Sequence record: KT919972.1
DNA length: 64,000 nucleotides
Strand: one strand, 5' to 3'
Shown: positions 1-10,029 of the stretch, in pieces
How the letters are laid out: each line of letters opens with the position of its first letter
Position numbering within the stretch: position 1 is the stretch's first letter
Program-made: the position numbers and the translations under genes
The notes under the pieces: model-generated
The model's input: only the letters and a program-made list of their open reading frames with translations
Database searches by the model: none
What the model was told of the DNA's origin: nothing

Positions 1-56
1 TTTTTTTTGTATTATATCTACATCGAAACGAGATACGAAAACAAAGAGAGAACATT

Positions 57-383
57 ATGCAACTAACTACTAACATGACTAAAGCTCAAAAAACTAAAGT
101 TGTTGAAGGTTTCAACTTCGAGCGCGAAACAAATCAAGGTCAATATAAGTTTCGTAACGGTTCTTATGCTATGGAAGGTTCAGATGTCGCTCGTCGATTC
201 AATCTAATTTCAACTATCGTGACTGGTAAGCCAGCTATTATCGCTGAAGCGACAGTTGCTGATTTCGACCGCATTATTCTTATGCAAACAATGACAGATC
301 AATTCTTAACAATGAGTGCAGGTGCTGCTTCTCTTGAAGAATCTAACGAATTTGGTAAAAAGGTGCTTGCACACTTCGCTTAA
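57..383 (+). CDS. hypothetical early protein
   Basis: 108-aa ORF with SD-like GAGAG upstream, directly after a promoter-like element; no recognisable motif. Confidence 0.7.
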   Translation: MQLTTNMTKAQKTKVVEGFNFERETNQGQYKFRNGSYAMEGSDVARRFNLISTIVTGKPAIIAEATVADFDRIILMQTMTDQFLTMSAGAASLEESNEFGKKVLAHFA

Positions 384-435
384 TTCAATTAGAATACTTA
401 CATCAACTTAAAATCGCTCAAATGGAGACAAAATA

Positions 436-1665
436 ATGGGTTCATTCAACACAACTTGCGCAATCTCACGTACACCTATTCTAGAAGGTCAGAAAGCGCG
501 TGTGTTCTTCTTAGTCATGGACACGTTTGATCAACATTACAACTTGCGCTCGAAATCGCTCTACAGCAATGTTCTAATGGGAAGTAAGTGTTACCCGTGG
601 GATACGTTTAAAGTCATTGGTTACCCGCTTCTAGCTAAGTATGCTGATTACAACAATTACGAATTCGAAGACGCTGATATGGAATCGTTGACGCTCAAGG
701 CGATTAACAACATTTATATGCCGAATCGTGTTCCAGAAGGGAAGTCGCTTGACGACTACAACGAATATCACGATTACATGGAAATTGATGAAATCGAAGA
801 TATGAATCAGCTTCAAGACATGGAACATAGCGGTGCGTTGCGTGTGAAAACGTGTCATGGCGTTAGTCTGATTGCGAAAATGGCAATTCACGAAGAGATT
901 TATCAGCAGATGATTCTCGATGGTACGTATACTACGGGATGGGGTGAAGACGCGAATACATACACGTTTACAGAAGAAGTTGACGAATTTGTAGCGAAAT
1001 ATTCAAAATCTACATCTGATCTTGAAATGATTTCAGCTCGTGGTAGACTTCAAATCGAACGTGCGCGTATTGAACTTGAAAAAGACGATACGAAAACAGA
1101 AGAAGAGAAGAAAGAAATCATTGATAGTTTAATCGAACTGCAAGTTGACATGGTTAAATTTGATACGCAGTTCGAACGCTCAGAATGGTTGACTGAAACT
1201 CACCCGATTGTTGACATGAAAGAAAACGATTTCGGTCAAAAGATTGCTGAAGCATATATCGGTGGTAAATGGACGTCTCGCTTCTTCTTGGTGAATAACC
1301 TTGAATTTATGCCTGCTATGACTTCTGGTCAATGTCACGACATGTGTGCAGACGCTGAACGTCTTCGTAAAATGGCAGACATCATCGAAGATCTACAACC
1401 AGATTGGTATTTTGAAGAATCAGTTCAACTCAAAGTCGAGCGTACAACTCGCCTGACTCTACGCCGCGAAGACCTGCACGAGAAGTTCAGCGAATGGTAT
1501 GACGAAGATGACCAAGAATATCAAGATTATCTTGCTGCCGTTGAATACATGAATGAACAAAGCAGCTTCACAGTCGGTGATAAGAACTGTAAAATGGCTC
1601 AATTCATCGAAGAATACGATGTGCTACGTGATGTAGACGACGGACAAGTAATTAATTTCAACTAA
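436..1665 (+). CDS. hypothetical acidic protein
   Basis: 409-aa ORF, GGAG SD at about 424-427; no family recognised. Confidence 0.8.
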   Translation: MGSFNTTCAISRTPILEGQKARVFFLVMDTFDQHYNLRSKSLYSNVLMGSKCYPWDTFKVIGYPLLAKYADYNNYEFEDADMESLTLKAINNIYMPNRVPEGKSLDDYNEYHDYMEIDEIEDMNQLQDMEHSGALRVKTCHGVSLIAKMAIHEEIYQQMILDGTYTTGWGEDANTYTFTEEVDEFVAKYSKSTSDLEMISARGRLQIERARIELEKDDTKTEEEKKEIIDSLIELQVDMVKFDTQFERSEWLTETHPIVDMKENDFGQKIAEAYIGGKWTSRFFLVNNLEFMPAMTSGQCHDMCADAERLRKMADIIEDLQPDWYFEESVQLKVERTTRLTLRREDLHEKFSEWYDEDDQEYQDYLAAVEYMNEQSSFTVGDKNCKMAQFIEEYDVLRDVDDGQVINFN

Positions 1666-1669
1666 ATAG

Positions 1670-1698
1670 TTGACAACAACGTTGAGTGGCTGTAATAT
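1670..1698 (+). promoter_or_regulatory. sigma70-type early promoter
   Basis: TTGACA (1670-1675), 17-nt spacer, TAATAT (1693-1698). Confidence 0.75.
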
Positions 1699-1729
1699 GT
1701 CACTCAACAACTAACGAGAGAACAATATC

Positions 1730-1990
1730 ATGAAAGATGAAGTAACTCTTCACATTAAAAATCATTGGCTACATCGACGCGCATATGTAGTGCTTCACCA
1801 AAAGCCAATGAAATTCAGAAAGAAAGCATTAGCAGAGTGGGAAGAAAAACGCAGTGAATTCTGGTACGTTGTTCAGCGTCTTAACCCTGAATTTTTTGCT
1901 CAGTGTCCCGAAGGTATGCAACCGTACTTGACTTGCGTGCCACGAGGAACTAATGGCCCACAATACTTCTACATCAAATTTGACAAATAA
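1730..1990 (+). CDS. hypothetical protein
   Basis: 86-aa ORF with GAGAG SD, behind a promoter. Confidence 0.7.
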   Translation: MKDEVTLHIKNHWLHRRAYVVLHQKPMKFRKKALAEWEEKRSEFWYVVQRLNPEFFAQCPEGMQPYLTCVPRGTNGPQYFYIKFDK

Positions 1991-2001
1991 GAGAGAACAT
2001 C

Positions 2002-2721
2002 ATGAAAAAATTAATTGCAATCGTAGCACTAGCAGCATCAGTAGCAATGACTGGTTGTACTGACACTATTGACACTGCATCAACAGATCGTTTAGACGCG
2101 GCAAAACCCGTGCTATCTCAAACTGAAAAAGACATGCTGAACGTGTTTGCTGCGCCGAGTTTTCTAAGTCGTTATGATAACGTGTACGTTGAAATCGTTA
2201 AGAATCGAGTACATTTCGGTCAAGATCCAACGCCTCGTTCAGATGCTGAAGTACCGTTCTGTGATGTCATTGACTCTGTAATTGCAGCAGAGCGTGAGCA
2301 TGGTATGCTCGAACGAGACTACACGTTGAGCAATCAATGGAAACTGAAGTACGGCATCCCGTTGGTTGAGCAATGTAATAAATCTGACCGCGCTCGAATT
2401 GCAATGCAAATCAAACTTGCGAAAGAAGAAGCCGAAGAAATCAAAGATCGCGTCGTAATCGAAGAACAAGAATTCAGCAAGAAAGAAATCAAAGCTGAAA
2501 AAGTAATTGAAGAGTCTGTAGTGATTAATGACGATGTGCTTCTATCACCTGAGCTTGTTCGTGACCTACGTGGTTCAGTTAAAGACTGTAATCGAGCTAA
2601 GGTGAAACTAATGAGCGTAGTCGATGCTGGTGAACCACTAACAACCAAGCATTATGATGAAGTCAAAGGTCTAGTTCTACAGTGTGAAATGCTCAAGTTA
2701 GAAGTTGAAATCAACAAATAA
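2002..2721 (+). CDS. putative lipoprotein
   Basis: N-terminal MKK + hydrophobic stretch + lipobox-like VAMTGC. Confidence 0.75.
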   Translation: MKKLIAIVALAASVAMTGCTDTIDTASTDRLDAAKPVLSQTEKDMLNVFAAPSFLSRYDNVYVEIVKNRVHFGQDPTPRSDAEVPFCDVIDSVIAAEREHGMLERDYTLSNQWKLKYGIPLVEQCNKSDRARIAMQIKLAKEEAEEIKDRVVIEEQEFSKKEIKAEKVIEESVVINDDVLLSPELVRDLRGSVKDCNRAKVKLMSVVDAGEPLTTKHYDEVKGLVLQCEMLKLEVEINK

Positions 2722-2736
2722 TGTGACTTGAATCAC

Positions 2737-2763
2737 AAAAAGCCCCAATTAAGGGGCTTTTTT
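2737..2763 (+). terminator. Rho-independent terminator (bidirectional)
   Basis: AAAAAGCCCC-AATTAA-GGGGCTTTTTT. Confidence 0.85.
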
Positions 2764-2849
2764 CGTTTTAGTGGTTGCATGACAATCAATAAAACCCTAT
2801 TATTACTACATCGAAACGAGATTACATTTTAATAATTGGAGATTATATT

Positions 2850-3356
2850 ATGTTTTACAAATTTACTAACGAAAAGAAAGTAGTCACTAAAACTCGCCCA
2901 CTACGTGTAAATGATAAAGTTTCAATCGTTTTTGAATCAGGTCGTGTAGACGAAAATATGATTAAAGTCCATAGTGACTCATCTTTAAATTCAGCCACGT
3001 TTGTCTCGACAGATACAGGTCATGCATTGTCTGTAGTTGACGGTCTTACTACCACAGGAGCAGAAGTCTCACATTATCTAACTGAGTGGGGTGGTCGTGA
3101 GTGCATTGTTGATAAAAACACGCTTACGTTCGAATACGAAACTACTAAAAACACGCGAGTTAAAGTTCCCTTTCAATCAGGTGAATTTATCAAAGCATGG
3201 GTTAATGATGAATACGTTGATATGCAAGTTCTGTATGCGTCAGATCGAAAGCTGGTAATCATTGATTTTGAATCTGAAGATGAAGATGTATATGAAATCG
3301 AACCAGATCATATGCCAAGCGGGTTTGAATTTGAATTTGAAGTAACGTATGAATAA
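2850..3356 (+). CDS. hypothetical protein
   Basis: 168-aa ORF with GGAG SD. Confidence 0.75.
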   Translation: MFYKFTNEKKVVTKTRPLRVNDKVSIVFESGRVDENMIKVHSDSSLNSATFVSTDTGHALSVVDGLTTTGAEVSHYLTEWGGRECIVDKNTLTFEYETTKNTRVKVPFQSGEFIKAWVNDEYVDMQVLYASDRKLVIIDFESEDEDVYEIEPDHMPSGFEFEFEVTYE

Positions 3357-3384
3357 AAAAAAGGGAGCGATTAGCTCCCCTTTT
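3355..3384. terminator. bidirectional terminator between convergent genes
   Basis: A-tract, GGGAGC-GATTA-GCTCCC, T-tract. Confidence 0.75.
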
Positions 3385-3601
3385 CGTTCTTTTGCATTAA
3401 AGCATTCAGTGAGTTTAATGATTTGATTTCAGGTGCTTGCGGTCGTAAGTCTTCGAGAATATGAATAACTGACTCAAGTGGTAATTCGTGTTCGACTATT
3501 TCACGCGGTAGTACGTGCTTATACACGCAATCATCACCCCAATCAATGACAACAACTTGTTCCCATTTATCAATTGCGAGAATATTGAAATTTGCTTTCA
3601 T
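3371..3601 (-). CDS. hypothetical protein
   Basis: 76-aa ORF in an otherwise empty gap; GAGAG SD; converges on the terminator. Confidence 0.6.
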   Translation of the reverse strand: MKANFNILAIDKWEQVVVIDWGDDCVYKHVLPREIVEHELPLESVIHILEDLRPQAPEIKSLNSLNALMQKNEKGS

Positions 3602-3669
3602 AAAATGTTGACTCTCAGTGTGTTATTGTGTAAAATATATTTTATCGCAAGTAAGAAAGGTATTAAACA

Positions 3670-3873
3670 ATGCGTCTACTTTCACAAGACTTAGTGCGCT
3701 TGCGTGTTGAAGAACTTCCCTTTGTTAAATTAAGTGTTGAACAGCAGATTAAAATATGCGATTATCTCAACACGCTCGATGACGAGACTATCTATACTTT
3801 AGAGAAGCACACTGAAACATCAGCAGGTGCTCGTAAACTATTAAAATTTCTTTTAAAGAAAATTGGAGATTAA
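3670..3873 (+). CDS. hypothetical protein
   Basis: 67-aa ORF with AAGG SD. Confidence 0.6.
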   Translation: MRLLSQDLVRLRVEELPFVKLSVEQQIKICDYLNTLDDETIYTLEKHTETSAGARKLLKFLLKKIGD

Positions 3874-3876
3874 ATT

Positions 3877-4353
3877 ATGCCATATGAATCAGTTTTTAAC
3901 GGTACGAATCGTTACAAAGTTCTACGTGAAGGTCGTGAATACATCAACAAGGTTGCTCATCGACATGGTGCAGTAGACAAAGGTATTTACGTCACGATGG
4001 ACTATCATGTGATTGATCGAATCATGGATCACTCTTTCCCTGCACGTGTGTTTGAAATTATCGTAGGTCGATTGATTAAAAATCACCAAGATGAAATCTT
4101 AAAAATTGCTAACATGCCTGCAAGCGAAAGACCGAAGCATATCAACGTATACGGTAATAAGCCTGATTCACCGTACATGGTTGGCATTACAATTAATAAA
4201 GCTCAGACAGGCAAAGTTTATGTAAACTTGAGAACGTGTTATAAAGAACGTAACAGCAAATACCGTCAACGAATCATCGAAGCATACAAGATTCGAGTGA
4301 AATCATCTGAAGATCTTGAACAAGCTGAAAGTGAGGTTGATTCAGATCAATAA
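3877..4353 (+). CDS. hypothetical protein
   Basis: 158-aa ORF with GGAG SD, immediately upstream of nrdA. Confidence 0.7.
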   Translation: MPYESVFNGTNRYKVLREGREYINKVAHRHGAVDKGIYVTMDYHVIDRIMDHSFPARVFEIIVGRLIKNHQDEILKIANMPASERPKHINVYGNKPDSPYMVGITINKAQTGKVYVNLRTCYKERNSKYRQRIIEAYKIRVKSSEDLEQAESEVDSDQ

Positions 4354-4385
4354 ATAGAAAACAATTAACAAACGAGGGAATTTTG

Positions 4386-6611
4386 ATGCTTGTAGTGAAG
4401 TCTTCTGGCATTACAGAAGAATTTGAAGAAAGTAAATTGATGCGTGTTTTATCAGATGCATGTGAAAACACCAAAATAAATCCACATCAATTACTTGACC
4501 GCGTTATAGCTCAACTTAGCGACGGTATGACGAGCAAAGACATTCAAAAGGCAGCGATTAAGATCGCTGCCGATAGCATTTCAGTAGACGAGCCAGACTA
4601 TCAATATGTCGCGGCTCGTCTTGCTATGTATGGTCTTCGCAAAGATGTATATGGTCAGTTCGACCCTATCCCATTCAAACAATTAATCGAACGAAACACT
4701 GCGATTGAAGTTTACGACTCTGAGATTCTTCAGAAATGGTCAGATGATGAACTTGAATATCTAGAATCGCAAGTGAAACATGAGCGCGACTTTGAATTTG
4801 CATACGCTGGCGTAATGCAGTTGAAAGAAAAGTACCTATGTAAAAACCGCGGTACGGGCGCAATCTATGAATCACCTCAGTATGCTTACATGCTCATTGC
4901 AATGTGTCTTCATCAAGAAGAGAAATATGACCGCATTAAGCACGTTGTTGACTTCTACAATGCAGTTTCGACTCACAAACTTTCATTACCGACACCGATT
5001 ATGGCTGGCGTTCGTACCCCGACACGACAGTTTAGTTCGTGTGTTAAGATTGAATCAGGCGACTCTTTGCATTCAATCAATGAAGTGGCTAAATCAATTG
5101 TAAGTTACATTAGTAAGCGTGCAGGTATCGGTGTTAATGGCGGTGCGATTCGTGCTGAAGGGGCAGTCGTTCGTTCAGGTGAGATTCGTCACACTGGTGT
5201 AATTCCATTCTGGAAACACTTTCAAACTGCGGTTAAATCGTGTTCTCAAGGTGGTGTACGTGGTGGTGCTGCGACTCTAACTTACCCGATTTGGCACTTA
5301 GAAGTTGAAAAACTGTTAGTTCTGAAGAACAACAAAGGTGTTGAAGAAAACCGTATTCGTCATCTTGACTACAGTGTATCAATCAGTCGATTGATGCTTG
5401 AGCGTCTTGTGAATAACGATTACATCACGCTATTCAGTCCTGACGAACGTCATGGTGCTCTATATGGTGAATATCACACAAACCCAGAGCAATTCGAAAA
5501 ACTTTACCTAGAACTTGAAGCTGACCCGAATGTGCGTAAAAAGCGCATCAAAGCAACTGAGCTATTCAGTATGTTTGGTCAAGAGCGTAACGGCACTGGT
5601 CGTATCTACCCGATCTTTGTTGATAACTTGAATGCTCAATCACCGTACATCGAAGCAATCAAGCAATCAAACTTGTGTATGGAAATCGCTCTTCCTACGT
5701 ACCCGTTAGGTTCAGCAGATGAAGAGATTGCACTGTGTACGCTTGCTGCATACAACTTAGGTGCTATCGAATCGCCTAGTGAGTTTGCTCATCTTGCACC
5801 GATCATCATTCGTGCGCTTGATAATCTACTAGATTACCAAGATTACCCTGTTAAAGCAGCGGAAAAAGCGAAATATCGTCGTGCTCTAGGTGTTGGTATA
5901 ACTAACTTTGCTTATTTCTTAGCGAAGAACTTTGTTGGTTACGATGATTCAGCTAAGTATCTCGTGCATGAGTGGATGGAAGCAATGTCTTACTACAACA
6001 TTCAAGCATCGATGATGTTAGCGAAAGAACGAGGGCCGAACAAGTGGCATCGTAAGACTCGATGGGCTCAAGGTAAATTACCGATTGACTGGTACAATAA
6101 AAATGTTGATAAGCTTGTCAAGCCGAATTATAATTTAGATTGGGAAGCACTTCGCGCTGACGTAATTCGTTACGGTATGCGAAATGACACCACTTCAGCT
6201 TTCATGCCTTGTGAAAGTAGCTCTCAGATTAGCAACAGCACAAACGGGATTGAACCGCCGCGTGCTCTAGTCTCGACTAAGCAATCAAAAGACGGTGTAT
6301 TCAACCAAGTTGTACCTGAAGTTGATTTACTGAAAGATGAATACGGTCTAGCATGGAAAGCATGTGGTAAAGACAACTTCGGTTATTTGACTCTTGTAGC
6401 AATCATGCAGAAGTTTGTAGACCAGAGTATTTCAGCGAATGAATACTACGACCCGTCCCAAGTTGCTAACGGTAAGATCGCAATGGAACGAATCTTCGAA
6501 GAGCTTGCGTTCTGTAGCCACTACGGTATCAAAACGCTTTATTATTCTAACACTCGCGACGGTGCTGACGGCAACGAAGGCGATGAAGACTGTGATGGTT
6601 GTAAAGTTTAA
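4386..6611 (+). CDS. nrdA: ribonucleoside-diphosphate reductase class Ia, alpha subunit
   Basis: N-terminal ATP cone (VVKSSG...YQYVAARL), PTPIMAG, FSSC, SNLCMEI catalytic motif, KTLYY, C-terminal CDGC. Confidence 0.97.
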   Translation: MLVVKSSGITEEFEESKLMRVLSDACENTKINPHQLLDRVIAQLSDGMTSKDIQKAAIKIAADSISVDEPDYQYVAARLAMYGLRKDVYGQFDPIPFKQLIERNTAIEVYDSEILQKWSDDELEYLESQVKHERDFEFAYAGVMQLKEKYLCKNRGTGAIYESPQYAYMLIAMCLHQEEKYDRIKHVVDFYNAVSTHKLSLPTPIMAGVRTPTRQFSSCVKIESGDSLHSINEVAKSIVSYISKRAGIGVNGGAIRAEGAVVRSGEIRHTGVIPFWKHFQTAVKSCSQGGVRGGAATLTYPIWHLEVEKLLVLKNNKGVEENRIRHLDYSVSISRLMLERLVNNDYITLFSPDERHGALYGEYHTNPEQFEKLYLELEADPNVRKKRIKATELFSMFGQERNGTGRIYPIFVDNLNAQSPYIEAIKQSNLCMEIALPTYPLGSADEEIALCTLAAYNLGAIESPSEFAHLAPIIIRALDNLLDYQDYPVKAAEKAKYRRALGVGITNFAYFLAKNFVGYDDSAKYLVHEWMEAMSYYNIQASMMLAKERGPNKWHRKTRWAQGKLPIDWYNKNVDKLVKPNYNLDWEALRADVIRYGMRNDTTSAFMPCESSSQISNSTNGIEPPRALVSTKQSKDGVFNQVVPEVDLLKDEYGLAWKACGKDNFGYLTLVAIMQKFVDQSISANEYYDPSQVANGKIAMERIFEELAFCSHYGIKTLYYSNTRDGADGNEGDEDCDGCKV

Positions 6612-6620
6612 AGGTAGATA

Positions 6621-7745
6621 ATGTCTAAAACGATTTTTAATAAAAACCAGGTTGCTCATCTTGAGCAACCTCTTTTCTTGGGCGATGACCCGAATATTTC
6701 TCGTTTCGAAACTGTAAAACATGCAGTATTCGATCAACTCACTGAAAAACAACTTAGTTTCTTTTGGCGACCAGAAGAAGTTGACTTGACTCGTGACTCA
6801 CAAGATTTTGACCGTATGCCCGAGCATTGGAAGTTTGTCTTCACTCAAAATCTAAAATATCAATCTCTGCTTGACTCAGTTCAAGGTCGCGCACCTAATA
6901 TCGCATTCTTGCCTATCTGTAGCGACAATGCTTTTGAAAACTGGGTAACGACATGGGATTTCAGTGAAACGATTCATAGTCGCTCTTACACGCATATTAT
7001 GCGTAACTTGTATGCAAACCCAAGCGCGGTGTTTGACGAGATTGTTCTCGACGAATCTATCATGGCTCGTGCTAGTGCAGTTACAGAGCATTATGATAAA
7101 CTCATCGCTGAAACACAGAAATTGCAACAGCTCAAAGCAATGAATTGTACTTCGTACATCTTGAGTATTCAAGAAACCGCAGTAAAAGAAGCACTATATC
7201 TGTGTATGCACGCAGTAAACGCACTTGAAGCAATTCGTTTCTATGTATCATTCGCATGTACTTTCAACTTTGCAGAGCAAGGTATCATGGAAGGCAACGC
7301 GAAAGTGATGAAACTCATTGCTCGTGATGAACAACTTCACTTGAAAGGTACACAAGCATTACTCAACATCTGGCATGCAGGTAAAGATGACCCAGAAATG
7401 CTTGAGATTGCTCGTCGTCTTCAACCTGAAGCTGAAAAAATCTTCATGCAAGTTGTTGAGCAAGAGAAAGAATGGGCACATTCTTTGTTCTCTAAAGGCA
7501 CAGTTCCCGGTCTGAATGCTCAGATTCTATGTGAATACGTTGAATATCTTGCTGACAGTCGTATGCGTTCAGTTGGTTTAAACAGTCCATACCCTCGCCG
7601 TAAGCACCCATTACCGTGGATTCGCAAATGGCTAAATAGTGATTCAGTACAAGTAGCAGCACAAGAAGCTGAACTGAGTTCGTATCTTGTTGGTCAGATT
7701 GATTCAACTGTACGCGCTGAATTCCTGAAAACGTTAGAGGTGTAA
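6621..7745 (+). CDS. nrdB: ribonucleoside-diphosphate reductase class Ia, beta subunit
   Basis: FFWRPEEVDL, ETIHSRSY (radical Tyr), EAIRFYVSF, IARDEQLH di-iron motifs; uninterrupted ORF. Confidence 0.97.
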   Translation: MSKTIFNKNQVAHLEQPLFLGDDPNISRFETVKHAVFDQLTEKQLSFFWRPEEVDLTRDSQDFDRMPEHWKFVFTQNLKYQSLLDSVQGRAPNIAFLPICSDNAFENWVTTWDFSETIHSRSYTHIMRNLYANPSAVFDEIVLDESIMARASAVTEHYDKLIAETQKLQQLKAMNCTSYILSIQETAVKEALYLCMHAVNALEAIRFYVSFACTFNFAEQGIMEGNAKVMKLIARDEQLHLKGTQALLNIWHAGKDDPEMLEIARRLQPEAEKIFMQVVEQEKEWAHSLFSKGTVPGLNAQILCEYVEYLADSRMRSVGLNSPYPRRKHPLPWIRKWLNSDSVQVAAQEAELSSYLVGQIDSTVRAEFLKTLEV

Positions 7746-7746
7746 A

Positions 7747-8046
7747 TTGTTAGAAATATTTGGTTGGGACGAAAGCGATTTTCGCTGCGTTCCTTGCTTG
7801 AAAGCAAAACGACTAGCTGAAACACGTGGTTTGATTTTCGATTTCATTCCGCTTGCAAAAGAAAAGGTTACAGACGCACACAAACATAACCGTGAAGAAC
7901 TTGAAAGACGAATGCACGAACTTGGTCAAGAGTTAAAGACTCTACCTCAAGTGTTCTTTGATGGTGTTCATGTTGGTGGGTTTGATGACTTCAAGGCAAA
8001 AATTCATGCACTTGAAGAAGCGCGATGGGAAGCGCGTGCAAAATAA
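7747..8046 (+). CDS. nrdC: glutaredoxin/thioredoxin (T4 NrdC-like)
   Basis: CVPC active site, TLPQVF, GGFDD; TTG start directly after nrdB. Confidence 0.88.
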   Translation: MLEIFGWDESDFRCVPCLKAKRLAETRGLIFDFIPLAKEKVTDAHKHNREELERRMHELGQELKTLPQVFFDGVHVGGFDDFKAKIHALEEARWEARAK

Positions 8047-8120
8047 TTAAAAAAAAAGGGTTGACAGATGTCAGCCCTTTTTTGTATCATTCGTGTGCTA
8101 AATCGACAAAGAGATCAAAT

Positions 8121-8693
8121 ATGAAGAAGTTATTTACGCTGCTTTTAGCAGTGTGTGCATTTAATGCAACTGCAAGCAATCAGTGTCACGTGAAATTTAA
8201 CGGTCAAGAATTGTCTGAAAAGCAATGGCATAATGTACGTGCAGTGTTTGTGAATGGTTGGTTTAATGATTTGAGCTGGTCTCTAGCAGCAATCGCAATT
8301 GTCGAATCAAGTGCGGGTGAGCAGATGATAAACCATAGAACGAAAGACTATGGTTTGATGCAAAACAACATCAAAACAGCAACAACGCGCTTGAAGCGAT
8401 GGGAGAAAGCAGGTCGAGATTTCGGTCCGTATGACCTCAATAACCCTGAAGACGTGAAAACAATCTTGCTTACTGATCGTACCGTATCAGTGCAGCTTGC
8501 AATAGAAGAGCTTGAATATTGGAAAAAGATTCGAGGTCATCACAATTGGCGTGAAGTGTATGCAAGCTACAACGGTGGTTTCTACAAAGGTAAACGTTGG
8601 GAACCTCGTGCTGAGAAGTATGCAAGTAAGATAATCAACACAATGCGCAAGTTAAAAGCTTGCAAACCACAATTAATGAGAGGTCTATACTAA
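8121..8693 (+). CDS. secreted lysozyme-fold / lytic transglycosylase-like protein
   Basis: signal peptide MKKLFTLLLAVCAFNATA; IVESSAG catalytic Glu context, YGLMQ and SYNGG motifs of the SLT/lysozyme superfamily. Confidence 0.75.
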   Translation: MKKLFTLLLAVCAFNATASNQCHVKFNGQELSEKQWHNVRAVFVNGWFNDLSWSLAAIAIVESSAGEQMINHRTKDYGLMQNNIKTATTRLKRWEKAGRDFGPYDLNNPEDVKTILLTDRTVSVQLAIEELEYWKKIRGHHNWREVYASYNGGFYKGKRWEPRAEKYASKIINTMRKLKACKPQLMRGLY

Positions 8694-8878
8694 TGAACAT
8701 GATTATATTTCTGGCAGCAGTTCTATTTTTTGTACTGCAAAACCCATGGCTGAAGAAAATCTTTTGTATGTTTGGTTGGCATACGTGGGAATACAAGAAA
8801 GGTAGCAAGCGAGCGTGTACACATTGCAACAAGCGCCAAAGTTTAATTCGCGTCGGTAATGACACTGATTGGAAATAA
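8693..8878 (+). CDS. small membrane-anchored Cys/His-rich protein
   Basis: N-terminal TM segment, then C-x-FGWH-x-W...CxxC. Confidence 0.6.
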   Translation: MNMIIFLAAVLFFVLQNPWLKKIFCMFGWHTWEYKKGSKRACTHCNKRQSLIRVGNDTDWK

Positions 8879-8979
8879 ATTTAAAAAAAATGCAAAAAGT
8901 GGTTGCGTTGGTCTCAAAAATCATTAATATAGACGGTGTTGAAGAGAACAACGCAACTAACTAAAAGAGAGAACATTAT

Positions 8980-9984
8980 ATGCAAGCTATCATCACAAAC
9001 GGTCTTTTTCGTAAAACTGAAATCAACGGCACTTACACTCTTATCGAACGAGTTTGGAATAGTTCAGATGCCGGTGAGAAAAACGGTCGTATGAAGATTA
9101 TGCTTGATGGTGCAGTACGTACTATTCGCGTAAACAAAGAAGACGTACAGTACGTAGACGAAGCTGACGCATCACAAACAGCAGTACCTGCACTTGCACC
9201 AGTCGTTGAAGCTGAAACTGAAGAACAAATTGCAGAGCGTATCACTGAAGCGTTCGAAGCGATGGACATCTTTACTGTCGGTGCAATCGCGGGTCACGTT
9301 AAATCGCTACTTATCTCAGGTGCAGCGGGTGTGGGTAAGACGTTCACACTTGAACGCGAGTTAAATCAAGCTCAAGAACGCGGTGATATCACATTCAAGA
9401 AAGTTGCAGGTACATGTTCTGGTATCGGTCTGTTCACAAAACTATGGGAATGCCGTCACCCTGATTCAGTTCTTCTTCTAGATGACGTAGACGTTTTCAA
9501 AGATGAAGATCAAATGAACGTTCTAAAAGCAGCACTAGACACTGGTGAAGAGCGTTGGGTTTCATGGGCGAAAGCAAGTTCTTACTTAGAAGAGCAAGGC
9601 ATCGATCAAGAATTCTTGTTTGAAGGTACAGTAATCTTTATCTCAAACAAAGACTTTGACCGTGAACTTGAAGCGAATACTAAACTTTCACCGCACTTCA
9701 GCGCACTGATTTCACGTAGCATCTACCTTGACTTAGGTGTACATACAAAAGAAGAAATCATGGTTCGCATCAAGCAAGTTGTAGCAGCAACTACAATGCT
9801 AGAAGATCTAGGTCTAAACGCAGCACAAATCGCTGACATGATAGCTTGGATTGAGAAACACATGCTTGAACTACGTGCTCTATCGCTTCGTACATGTTTA
9901 CACATTGCTGATATGATGCTAACATCACCGACTAAATGGGAAATGCTTGCTAAGATGACTATGCTATCTAAGAAGCGTAAATAA
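8980..9984 (+). CDS. AAA+ family ATPase
   Basis: Walker A GAAGVGKT, Walker B LLLDD, FISN sensor-like segment, SRS. Confidence 0.85.
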   Translation: MQAIITNGLFRKTEINGTYTLIERVWNSSDAGEKNGRMKIMLDGAVRTIRVNKEDVQYVDEADASQTAVPALAPVVEAETEEQIAERITEAFEAMDIFTVGAIAGHVKSLLISGAAGVGKTFTLERELNQAQERGDITFKKVAGTCSGIGLFTKLWECRHPDSVLLLDDVDVFKDEDQMNVLKAALDTGEERWVSWAKASSYLEEQGIDQEFLFEGTVIFISNKDFDRELEANTKLSPHFSALISRSIYLDLGVHTKEEIMVRIKQVVAATTMLEDLGLNAAQIADMIAWIEKHMLELRALSLRTCLHIADMMLTSPTKWEMLAKMTMLSKKRK

Positions 9985-9993
9985 ACTCTTTGA

Positions 9994-10015
9994 GGGGCTG
10001 TAAAGCCCCGTTTTT
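9994..10015 (+). terminator. Rho-independent terminator
   Basis: GGGGCT-GTAA-AGCCCC followed by GTTTTT. Confidence 0.7.
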
Positions 10016-10029
10016 CATACGAGGGAAAA

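Noticed and set aside
4386-7745. Group I intron or intein in nrdA/nrdB (as in T4 nrdB)
   Set aside because: Both ORFs are continuous and of normal length (about 741 and 374 aa).
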